A program made the translations under genes and the position numbers. Below are positions 36,601 to 48,319 of a stretch of 64,000 nucleotides of DNA, in pieces. Source of the stretch: Azolla caroliniana (taxonomy: Eukaryota > Plantae > Polypodiophyta); contig JBHGNT010000017.1 in NCBI GenBank assembly GCA_043228905.1, positions 2,604,001 to 2,668,000 of the forward strand. Reading direction: 5' to 3'. The notes under the pieces are model-generated. The model searched no databases, was not told the origin of the DNA, and worked only from the letters and a program-made list of their open reading frames with translations. The first letter of the stretch is position 1; each line of letters begins with the position of its first letter.

Positions 36601-37130
36601 ACAAAATACATCACCAGATGGGCTGAAACCGTTGTCATCCCCGACGTCATTGCGCCAACAATCGCCTCCCAACTTTTGCGTAAGGTAATTTTTCAACATG
36701 GTTGCCCTGTCCAACTCGTATATGATTAGGAGTTCCATGGGGATGTCCTCAACGTTGTTGCAACTCAACTAGGTGTCTAGTAGGTGTTTATGTCCCCATA
36801 CCATTCGCAAACAAATGGCCAGGCTCACTTAATGCCTCAACAAGACCCTAAAGGAGGAGATTGCCGCTTACATCAATCCATGTCACAAAACCTGGGATCA
36901 AATCTTGCCTTTCGTCACCCACGCCTACAATACATCCGTACAGGTGTCAACACGGATCAACCCTTTTCGAGCACTCTATAGGCGCGACCCTCGGCTCCCA
37001 CCAGAATCGTCCATTGACGTCCATTCCAGACCTGCCAACATGGACAAGCCACTTGGGGGCTCTATCTCCAACAAATGCTCCCAAAACCTACAAGTCACAC
37101 AACAACGCTAGAAGCGGCACTACGACTAGG
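33693..37130 (+). mobile_element. Decayed Ty3/gypsy LTR retrotransposon (putative short 5' LTR, PBS, gag, partial RT, RNase H, integrase); 3' end lost
   Basis: Putative LTR TG...CA at 33693..33856 and PBS TGGTGGAGACGCAGGGTA at 33861. Gag PKSFSGLPFEDVLAWLDHFE. RT start HAIHTEEATPI...IIIPSTS...LVKKDD. RNase H FTLQSDGS...ERNYSTTEKELLAIV. Integrase GHYG...YYWPNM...CALCQ and WDFMGPFP. Confidence 0.88.
35352..35600 (+). mobile_element. hAT/MITE-like terminus with AACCG/CGGTT subterminal repeats, replacing the gypsy RT core
   Basis: Begins TAACAATTGGCAACGGTTTGGTTC and is dense in aaaccg/cggttt motifs. Gypsy pol sequence flanks both sides. Confidence 0.55.
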
Positions 37131-37149
37131 GTCGAAACTTCTACCCTTG

Positions 37150-38818
37150 ACACCATATAGTTGGCATCAACTTTTGTGGCCAGGTCAACTTGTCAACCCA
37201 AATGAAATGGTTAGACATCTTGGCTATCCATTGGGATGGAATGCAACAGGGAAAAGAAAGGTTGAATAGGTTCTGCAAAAAGTGAGACAAAAGCTGAGCT
37301 ATTGGAAGATTGCAACATGGCCACTCCATTGCACATTGCAGATAGTGCAATCTATATTCATGGCTTATTTGTAGTATTACCTAATTACGATTGATTGGCT
37401 GAAACACATGATGCAAAAGATTAACTCAGAAATCAAAAGCAGCTTTTGGTGCTCTAAGCAGTCCCATAGAGGTATATGACTCCTATCAATAGAGAAATGC
37501 TCTTCACGATTGAGTGGAGGGCTAAATATTCTTAATTTGCATTTGCATATGTTGGCTAGAAAAGCTACTTTATTGCCAAAATTTGTTGAAAAAACATTGC
37601 CTTGGGAGGGAATGCTATCTGATATGTTTGATCATTTGCAAACCAAGTCATTTGGCTCATGGGATACTAACCATTGGGATGTAGTGTTTGGAAAGCTTGA
37701 CGGGCACATCAAAGGCTGTCTGTTTAGCTCAAAGCTTCTAAAGCACTTGAAGAAAGTATTGCACAACATAAAATGGAGAGGTAGGAATTCCGAATCATGG
37801 AACTCTTTACGCCTCAAAAGCTTACACTAGAGTGCTATATTCCCATAGTCACTAGCTGAACAAGGTCCTAGGAAAGCTTATTTTTTAGCAAAGAAGGGGT
37901 TGAAATCAATTGCAGATGTGGTAAATGACTAAGGTCCTTATTGCGCTTCAATGACATGACATGTCGTTATAGTCTTGGGCCACATCATCATGTTATCTGG
38001 AATCAAGTCATAGAGTTGGTACTTTCCTTAGTACCCGTGCCACCTCTAAATGGAGATCACAAGATTCAAGATTGGAAGTTACAAAAAGGGAACATTGTTA
38101 TTCTAATGCATAACATTACAACACATTCAGTGTATATGTTGTTGCAACCTGTCCCATGGTTTCACGAACATGCAAATGCATTATGGAACCTACACAAAAC
38201 ACAGTCGTGGTGGAAAAACAGGCTTACAAGCTTATGGAGCTCTGGTCTTCCACTTAAGCAATGGGTATTCCTATGGAGATGCCTATTGGGTGTGCTCCCG
38301 ACTGGGTCGAATCTTCAAAAGAGATCGATAGCATCACCGCATTGTGCAAGATGTGGTGGATGATTGGAAACGGTCCCACCCTTATTATGGACTTGCTCAT
38401 TCACTACAACATTTGTACAAAGACTAAGTTCATCTCTTTATCATAGATTTCCTGGCCGAAGGTTTGGTAAACACTTTTGGATATTTGGACAAATTCAATG
38501 CGCCCTATCCAACAATGCCTATTTTATCCAATGGACACGATTTTGGGCAATCTGGACTATTTGAACAACCCACAATAATAAGGTCTTTGATCGAACCCAA
38601 CAACATGAAGTTAGCTTCTTTAAGCAATCCCTCAGGCAATCTCTATTTGATTGACTGCAACTTAGAGACATTGCATTGCAAATTTACAATCTTTACTTTG
38701 AGTGCTTTTAAGCTCTTTAGTGTCTAATCGATACTTGTATATTTTTCTTTATTCTTTGTGGGTTTTTCACCTCATTTTGAGGTTCCCCACTAGTACTAAA
38801 AGTGTTACTAAAATAAAA
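37150..38818 (+). mobile_element. 5'-truncated L1-like LINE (post-RT region and zf-RVT) with A-rich tail
   Basis: VRHLGYPLG and SGGLNILNL, then LWSSGLPLKQWVFLWRCLLGVLPTG...CARCGG*LETVPPLLWTC. Ends ...gttactaaaataaaa. Confidence 0.85.
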
Positions 38819-41559
38819 CGTTTCCACACAGTGTTCTTCTTTCACAACATATGTAGAACGAAAATGGAAATAAATTTTGTGTCATTCTAAATCCCATGTC
38901 TATTTAGATTCTTAGGAGTGGCAATGTTTGTAAGTTGTCAACATCATATTGTGGTGCATTAACATTTCTAAAATGAATTTTTAGGATGCGGCATATAAGT
39001 TCATTATCCATGTTAGTCATGTGACGAAGAGAGGTTTAGGGGATTCCAAACAATGTTCTAGTCTCTTAGTGAGGTAGTGAGGAAGTGTTACTGCATCGAA
39101 TGTCTTGGGGTAACTTCACCTCACTTGATAAACAAACACATAAGTCATAATTTCATTTCCAAGTGGTGAGATGATTATGAGGCAATTGATAATTAGGAAG
39201 AGAAAACCAATCACCACTTTGTAAAAATTTCTTGGGTTTGTTTTTAGGATAAAACCATGTTTTGAGTAACCATATGAAGATTTTGATAATATAAAGGCCT
39301 AATGCATAACTTTGTGTGTGAAACCTAAGAATAGAGTTAGGGCATGAACAAAAATTGGATGGTTGGGAAGATATTCAATGCCAATTTGTTGATGTCTATG
39401 CTACAATGTCATCATACAAACTTTTGTTGTATATTAGCCTCACAAGATAAACAAACATGAGAACGCACTTTGTATGGGATTTCTTGGATTTGCTTTCGAG
39501 GATGAAATATTGTTAAACATGCATTTATTCCAATCTCAACAATATTATAAAGGCTTAGGGGTGAAGAAAGCTAGGGCAAGACTAGATATTGGATGGTTGT
39601 GCTACAAATGCAATGTCATTATACAAACTTACAAACATATAGACACATATTGTGTACAATGTCATTGTGGATTCACTCTTCTTCTAATTTCACCTATTTG
39701 ACAGAGAGAATGATGAGTATATTGTGCCGTGAATATGATCATATTGTGTGCCTAGCTTAAAGCAAGATCACACTCCCCATCATATTCTTTTATACGACCA
39801 TTGTTACTTCTTCATAGATTTGAATTAAGGTTTGTAAGTGTGTTGATACTTTTACAATTGACCACATTTCTAGCTAACATTCCTTGTCAGTCATTGTGAA
39901 CAACAAATTATTCATAGTTTTGTTTCATGTATATCAAAGGTGGCTTTAAAAAAAGAATTCATTACTTACCTTCAAAATCCAAGTTTGTTTTATGTGTGAC
40001 TAAACCTAGCCCATGAGCATATATAAGATAAACATCACACATTTTATAGTTGGTTCGATTTTCTTGCTCACTAAAATCTCGGACACAATATGTGCATGTG
40101 CACAATGCACATAGACAAGTATGTCACAATGCTAGTGTGAACAATGTTTTATGTTCACGCACTCTTTGAATATGATAAAGGAGAACTAATCGGTTATTTC
40201 ACACTCAAGAATATATCACATGCTAATGAATATATGACTTCTGTATACATATCATCTATGCAATCAAGAATATTCCTACATGGTTACAACTTACATAGTT
40301 GTGCACACATAAAATTGAATTAAGTTATGAGAGGAAGAGAATGGACTGTGTAAAAACAATAAACTGCACTATTTTCTCATGGTGTAATGATTAGATTCCT
40401 TGCCATACATTTAGGGGTTCATAACAATAAGATGACATGATGATGCACAATCAATTAAGAAGATAACGAAAGGCCCATCTTCAATGAATGTGAAGCCTTG
40501 AGTAATGTACGAAAGCATGCATTTTAGCCAACAAGTATTAGTAGATTAAGGTATGTTACAATGAATATGGATTTATCCAACCCACCATTATTCCCCCCCC
40601 CCCCCCCCCCCCCCCCCCTCCGAAAAAAACATGCACTACACTAGCTACAAAAAGGTCACCTTGCATTACGTTATAGCGACCAAGGTAATACATACTTTTG
40701 AAAGGGTTTTTCTATATGGGAATATGCCAACTAATATAACATTTTCCTATATACATCAATGGTAATATACATGAGCTGAGCATATCGAGTCATGTTGTTA
40801 GAACACGAACCATAGTCAATAGGATACCTAGTTAAGGTTCAACAAACACCTTGTACATAAATGTTTACAAATAGCTAATTAGGATACTGAAGCTTCATTA
40901 AATGGCTAGAACAATATTTCCGTCCAAATCCAACCATGTGTTTTTACCTTCACGTTTTAATATCATTGGTGTTGGCATTAAAAAAAAATCATTCATTTTT
41001 TGAATTGCAAATGGGTGTCTTCAAAATTATCAATCATCACTTACGATTCCCAAAATTATTCCCTAGGGTTGAATATTAAGGCCATTGTTTACTATGAGAG
41101 TGGTATTACAAGTGTTTATAAAATCTTAATAATTTGGTCATGTCCAAAAATAAGGATAGTGGACTATGACTATTAACGACAACAAAACCATATTCTATAT
41201 CCCATTGAATACGGTATATTATATAAACATTATAACACACAACTAGAGATTACCAATTAGATTTATGCAACATTGCAAAAAGGCAAAGAAAATTGAAATC
41301 ACATGGCAAAGGAATCTACACACTAAATAGAAAACTCTTATGACATTCTTTGACCTATGTATTGTTATGATGTCATGCAATGCCAAGAAAAGGAATTGGA
41401 ATAAGAGATGTAAGAAAACAAGGTAATGTTGAATAAAAAGCCATGATACCATTTGTTATTTACGCTTTATTGTATCTACACCTTACTTTGTTTACATTCT
41501 TATATCCTTTTATGTAACTAAGTGTCGATCCTAGTCCTCCATTATGGTTTATGCAATGC

Positions 41560-42090
41560 ATATGCTTTTTGATAGTGTTATCTAATGATCACTTCTACAA
41601 GATTGTTGTTAGAAAGGTTTCCACAATATCATTGTATAAAAAGTTGTTCCTTTTGTTTCAACATTCATATTCATTTACATTACCATCTTGAGATAAAGTG
41701 CCCATATTTACAAATATATTTCTGTTTTAGTAGTATTCATTAGTAAGAAAACTAGTGTCCATTGTGGTTATTTAATGCATATTCCTTTGTTAACAATCAA
41801 TTTTCAACAAGGTCATTCTCATAAACATTGTTTTTAACATTCAAATACATTAATATATAAACTATTAAATCAAGCAATGGGTTATTTTCATTGATAGGCT
41901 TCACAAAAGAGTGAAATTTGAAATTGTTTTTGGTTAAATGCATGGTTCTAATGGGAAGGATGTAGATACATTCCATTATGCAAAAAAGAGTTGAATTAAC
42001 AAACACTCAATGAGCCTTTATTCCAAGCCCGGAAAAGTATAACTAGTATATTGTCTGCCACCATCTTAAAAATGAGTAATGAATAAATTA
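41560..42090 (-). mobile_element. Possible decayed hAT C-terminal dimerisation-domain remnant
   Basis: Minus strand near 42070 reads LRWWQ...FPGL (with a frameshift), reminiscent of the hATC L-x-WW...FP-x-L motif. Confidence 0.3.
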
Positions 42091-42631
42091 GGATTGTCTA
42101 TTAAATTAAGATTGTTGAAATGAACATGAGTCTAATGATCATGCAGGTAGAATAGAATACAAATTAATCTGAATAGAGTGGCTATTTATTGAGAGAATGA
42201 AACTTGTTTAGATAGCAAATAAAGGTTGGACACTTTAATGTCTAGTAATAAAAGTCCTTCCATGGGCTTTAGATGTATGGGAAGGGAACAATTCCAACCC
42301 TGAGCGGGACAACATTGAGAAACAAAGAGACGTTGTTTCTACAATTGATGCCCTAGAGATGGCAAAACAACCATCACTTACTCATTGTTTCTCTTTTTGA
42401 CGACGGTTAGAATTTAGAAAAGGGGCTCATTACTGAAAGGTACATCTTTTATGTATAGCCTTGGGGCGTTTCTTAATACTAATGTAGTATCTTTTTTTGG
42501 AAAAAAAAGACTAATCAAGGTTCAAAGCTTCACCAAAAGGAGGAAAATATGAATACATGCTCAAAACTCCACCTAAAAGCTCGCAGAAAAACAAAGTAGA
42601 AGATAAAGGTTAGAATTTTCTTAGTAGTTAG

Positions 42632-43196
42632 TGTTGGGAACAGGTTCCTTCGAATGGGAAAAGCACGTGTCGGATCGAATGGAGGTGATAGGGAACTCGA
42701 CCAAGGCCAAAAATCGATTTTCAATCAAATGATATTCGATTCGGCTAGAAGCCGATTCAGGAGACTATATTTCTAAATAGTCTAGATGTGCCCATTGAGG
42801 TTATATTTGTAAATAGTCTGCTATATATATGAGTATATATACACTCGTAACAAGTTACATTGTGGTAGTTGCCTCTGTAACTAAGTGTGAGTGATAGTAG
42901 GAGAGTGAGAACAGAGTTGTAACTCTATAGCCGTCTGTTGACGAAGAAGAACTCAAGGTCGTTGCCTTTGAGTTTCTTATTGTATATTCCACCTATCGTA
43001 TAATGATCTGTTCGGAGTTTGTGGACTCTACGTGGTTTTTTCCCATTCGGGTTTTCCACGTTAAAACATCTTGTGTCCCTGTGTTCTCTCATTTTCTGTA
43101 CTTCTATTTTCTTGTTTGTTTGAGCACTATCTTTCTCGATCGTTGCATCCGAATATACATACGATAAATTGGTTGTGGCCGGGTCTGATACTAACA
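42632..43196 (+). mobile_element. Solo LTR (565 bp), probably copia, with 5-bp TSD GTTAG
   Basis: TGTT...AACA termini with GTTAG at 42627..42631 and 43197..43201. Internal TATA. The gtggttttttccc...gggttttccacgt motif is shared with the copia A LTR. Confidence 0.92.
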
Positions 43197-45034
43197 GTTA
43201 GTGTGCATGTTTGTAGCTCAAGAGTATTTGACACTTACTGTCGCTTGTCTCGCCAACAAGATGTTGGACAGTTGTTTGATCCCCCACAACAACCTTGTGG
43301 CAACTCACATATAGAATGCCTTAAGTAAGATGTGACCTTGGTAAGTATCAAAAGTAGTTTACATCTTTGACACCATTGCTTGAAGCATGGGAATTTCGTA
43401 AACCCTACTATGAGTACATTTAAGGGAGATTGGGAGTCACATAACAAATCAATAAGCTTTTGCTTTGTGTTTTTAAAAATGTCAGGCATTTACTCAACAT
43501 CATGAAAATTTATCTACACAAGGCAATATAATATTATAACAAAGAATCATCATGAAAATTTCTCTACACAAGGCAATATAAGATTATAAGTTATAACAAA
43601 GAATATTATGTACATTAAAGTACCCTAATTGTTATAGCATAACCTTACAAACCAATTGCGAAACCAATTACCCTAAGAACTAGAACCAACCTAGAAGGAC
43701 CTTTGGTAGCTTGGGAGCCTTATGTGTTAAGCGATCTAAAGGGAGTAGTTATCCCCTTCATTATGATTTCTTTGGATGTCATTTAAACTCTATTTGTGAG
43801 ACTAGGTTCTCTTCTTTAGATATGCTATTTAACAACCAAGACATAACACAAGGTAATATTTGGTTGGTATGGGAAATATGTGGTATTTTATGTTTGTCTC
43901 GTGTCCACTTGGAGATTTGGGTATGGTTAAGTATTTTCAATCAATTATTCTCCTTAATCTCTTATTGTTTGGCTCATCATTATCTGAATTTATGATATTA
44001 ACTAAAATACTTAATAACATCTTAAAGAATATTGACATTAAAGCATTGTTAAGGTTGGGATGAAAAATCACATCCAGGATAATTGCTTCTTTCAAGTAGA
44101 GATATCATTTAGAACTCAATTGGTTTTGTCCTATACAACTCTCATATAGAACTAAAACTTTTTCCCTTATGGTGGGAGAGTAAATTACTCCTTTCATGTT
44201 GAACTATTAATTGATTAGTCTCTTGTGTTCAACTATCAATAATTTCTCTTGTTTGGAGTAGATCAAACTACTCTCATGTTTGAAGCCAAGCTCAACATGT
44301 GGTTTAATGGGAAGCAACATGAAGAACCTTACCAAGGCTTGACATGTTGCGAATCCTCTTGAAAAGGAGGATTGATTTTAGTGATCACAACAACATAGGT
44401 GGTGCATGTTTTTCATTAGTTCTTGCCGTAAGGTGTTAGATTGTCATGCAACCATAAAATGGTTTCGATAATCATAATTACCCAATCACATGTTGTGAGA
44501 GAACAACTCCCATCATCCAGGGGTTGTATCGAAAGTAACATATAATACTCATACAAGATTTATGCCAAGTATTTATCAAGTTTTTTTTTTATAAGTACTT
44601 AGGATACGTATTCTAAAGACAAAATATGTGAATTATGCTGGATATTTCTAATATAAATGGCAAAGAGGAGGATCTTGACACGTGTTTACACACTTTTATA
44701 ACACATCCAAAATCACAACTAAAATTATTGAAATATTATTATAAAACTTTGATTTTGAAGACGAATCACAATGGAAGTTGCAATAAATCGAAGGATAAGA
44801 ACGTGAAGGAGAACAAAATCCATGTTGCCAAAATACATACTCATACATATCTTCTTTTTTTCCTTCTTCTAAAGAAAACTATAATATTTATTTATAAAAA
44901 TGATTGATATATTTTCAATATGCATGAGAATTTGAAATGTATTTAATGTGTTGAACACACATTTGTAAACAAGTATGGTAACTTTGCAAACGTACTTGCC
45001 CTTGTGGGCTCAAGCTTGATATGAACTTTTAAAT

Positions 45035-45336
45035 CGTTTTTGAACGGTTTGCAATTTGGCAATTCGGTTCAACTCGATTTAGGCTTGAGCTTTCTTAGCT
45101 TGGTTATGTTTGGTTGAACCTTGCCAAACCGGTTTAGACTTAATCATTAGGGCTTAATCGCTATGGCTAAATTGGTTAAGGTTTAATCTGTTTGGGTCAA
45201 ACTGGTTCAACCTGTATTAGTTTAGGTATAGGTTCGGTTTGAAAATGCCCAGAACGGTTTTAGTTTGGTTTGGTTCAAGTTTGAAAACTCCCAGGTTCAA
45301 CAATTTAAGCTAAAATCGAATTGTTGTCGATTCTTA
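45035..45336 (-). mobile_element. hAT/MITE-like terminus with CGGTT/GGTTC repeats
   Basis: The reverse complement of the right end, TAAGAATCGACAACAATTCG, resembles the terminus at 35352. The region is dense in cggttt/ggttc motifs. Confidence 0.5.
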
Positions 45337-45926
45337 CTTGTGATGCCACTCATTACCAGGTGTTATTAACCACGTTGAAGTAATACGACCACACATGACC
45401 AAAAGCATGAAACCTCGAGTACAAAGCCACAACTAAGAGGACTAAAACTTATCATCTCTATAGTCCATTCAAACATTGTTAACCTTGGTGAATAGTGAAA
45501 GAAAACCAACCCATCTCATCATCATGTGAATGATGGCCACAGTTTGGACACCAATAAGGAAAATTGTAACTTGTTTTATTGGTACTTGCAACACTAATCA
45601 TCACATTAAGTGGTGTAAGGAAATAACAAAGCCTATGAAGCTATCTCAGTTGGGATAAGAGTAGGCATTTTTTGTCTACACGATAGGACCCAATCAAGGT
45701 ATGGTTTCTTATGCCTCTCATGGAGTCTAGAACAACTTTAGGATGATTTTATAACCAACTTTGCAATAATAGGGACATAAAATTCAATTGGTAAATTTCT
45801 TAACTTATGACGAGTGTGCTTTATGGATAATGTTGATAAAGTGGTTTTGCTGGTGAAGATGAGATTGATAGTGTAGAGTTCTCACATCAATAGTGCAATG
45901 GATGGTAAGTAATGTCTGATATTGAT

Positions 45927-46503
45927 GTCTTCCACTTAAGAAATGGGTATTCTTATGGAGATGCCTATTGGGTGTGCTCCCGACAGGGTCAAATCTTCAA
46001 ATGATATCGATAGCCTCGCCACATTGTGCAAGATGTGGTGGATGATTGGAAACGGTCCCACACTTATTATGGACTTGCTCATTCACTACAAGATTTGTAC
46101 AAAGACTAATTGCACCTCTTTATCACAGATTTCTTGGCCAAAGGTTTGGGAAACACTTTTGGATGTTTGGACAAATTTCGTGCGCCCTATCCAACAGTAC
46201 CTATTTTCTCCAATTGACACGATTTTGGGCACTTTGGACCATTTGGACAACCCACAATAGTAAGGTCTTTGATCGAAACCAGCTGCATGAAGTTAGATTC
46301 TTTAAGCAATCCCTCAGGCAATCTCTATTTGATTGTCTACAACTTAGAGACATCACACTACAAATTTACAATCTTTACTTTGAGCGCTTTTAAGCTCTTT
46401 ATTGTCTAATTGACACTTGTATATTTTTCTTTATTCTTTGTGGGTTTTCACCTCACTTTGAGGTTTCCCACTAGTAATAAAAATGTTACTTAAGAAAAAC
46501 AAA
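45927..46503 (+). mobile_element. Short 5'-truncated copy of the LINE family at 37150..38818
   Basis: Colinear with 38244..38818 from gtcttccacttaag to the A-rich tail. Confidence 0.92.
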
Positions 46504-46818
46504 GAGGGTAAAGAAAGACGAAGATCATGAGATGGGGATAGTGAGATTGATGGAAGGAAGAAGGTGAGGTTGGAGTGTGAGGGTAATAGAGATAGGAGAG
46601 TGTAGAAGAGAAAAAAATGAAATGCACTCAGGCTAGTTTAGGTGAGAGTAAGGAGTAAAATAAGGAAAAGAATTGTAGGAAAACAAAATTGAAATTGGCC
46701 CGACAAATCATGAAAAGGATTTCATTTCCGAATCCATCGCAAGAGGGTGACACTTAGAAACGAACTTCCTAATAAATAGTCATACCGTACATTGTTCAAT
46801 GCTCACATACCCACAAAG

Positions 46819-48145
46819 TTTTTTTTTATAAAAAGATATTCTTCAATAGTATTAAGAAAAAATGCCTGAAGACTACAACTTGAACTTGTCTGCCCAGAAG
46901 GTTACAACTTTTTATGTACAATGATGTAAAATAATCATAAGACCAAATATTAAACTTTGTGGAGTGTGTTAGAATTTGTTAATATTCAAGAAAGAGTCCA
47001 TGGAAGTCAATATTGCCATTGAGGCTCGAGTTGACATTGTAAACATGGGCAACTTTTTCTATGAGCGAAGAAGCTTTTTCCTTCTCTTGTTCATAGTCTT
47101 TGGGGAATTGAGGCTCAAGTTGACATTGTAAACAGGGGTGACTTTTTCTATAAGCGAAGAAACTTTTTCCTTCTCTTGTTCATAGTCTCGAGTTGACATT
47201 GTAAACAAGGGCAACTTTTTCTATGAGTGAAGAAGCTTTTTCCTTCTCTTGTTCATAGTCTCTGAGGAACCATGCATATTATCATACTAGCCACAAACTA
47301 TTGCAAGCAAGTTCTTCCATATCTCAAGCAACACATCTGAGAGATGAATGTCTGCCGCATCATAAAGTTGGTTCTACATCGACATTTCCATAATGCCCAT
47401 AACGTTACTGTGCTCATTGTTTTCCAAATTTGGACAGATCACACCTGTTTTTGAGGTTGTTGAAAGGGACTAGCTAATATCAATATTCTATTATGTACTC
47501 TCATTGCCTCATGAATATTGTTTGCCTCATACAACATCAAGCTGGAATGTAACACTCCCTACATCGTTGATCCCCATGAGAATAGGCAACCGACATTGAT
47601 TGTTAGGAATAAAGACAGGATTTTATTCTATACTTGTTGAGCGAAGGGACAAGACCATAGGACATGCTTGGTAGTCTCCTGAGCTTCATAGCAAAAGCCA
47701 CATGGCCGCAAATTGGGTGCTACATTCCCTTTCAATGAATGACCAACTGGTAATGCCATATGCACTAATAGCCATCGAAAGAGAATAAATTTAGTTGGCC
47801 CCTTAAATGACCAGATCCATCTCCGATAGGTTTTCAAATGCAAAGTTGAGACACCCCAGTTGGTCCAATGTTTCTGAGTTGTTGGTATTGTTACAATCCG
47901 AGAGAGCAGTAATGATCTTCCAAGTTTTATTGAGTACTGAAAGAAGGGGACCTTTACGATCTTTTCCCCCAAGGAGTGTGACCAAAGCCAACCCCTCGGA
48001 TCCCACATTAATCTTGCAATAGGGTATTTTGCGTATAACCACAAGATATCACACATATGAGCAATTGAAGGATAAGGATTAAGCACCCATTTCTTTTCAG
48101 TTTTGGCAACACTCTATCTGGTGCACTTCGCAAGTCCTAAACCCT
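46819..48145 (-). mobile_element. L1-like LINE, 3' part (zf-RVT), host of the nested LTR insertions
   Basis: RRWIWSFKGPTKFILFRWLLVHMALPVG...CGFCYEAQETTKHVLWSCPFAQQV, related to the LINE at 346..1435. T-run at 46819. Contains a 3 x ~80 bp tandem repeat at 47019..47261. Confidence 0.85.
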
Positions 48146-48319
48146 ATTCTATGACACATAACTAATGGGTTCCACATTCCCCATGACCATAAGACTTCAC
48201 ATTCCTCAAGGCTCTAGTGAGAGAGTGAACGTTGTAGTGAGTAAATGAAGAGAGAGGGTGGCCCTATATAAAGTACCCTCCTCCTACTTCATATTAAGTC
48301 GGTTGTGACTCCTTGTAAT
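48146..48319 (+). mobile_element. Remnant of the 5' LTR of copia element B
   Basis: tattctatgacacataactaatggg...gactccttgtaat matches 51961..51971 plus 57641..57805. Confidence 0.88.

Noticed and set aside
43700-44560. Possible very old gypsy RNase H/integrase remnant on the minus strand
   Set aside because: Only faint motif resemblance; too decayed to support without a search.
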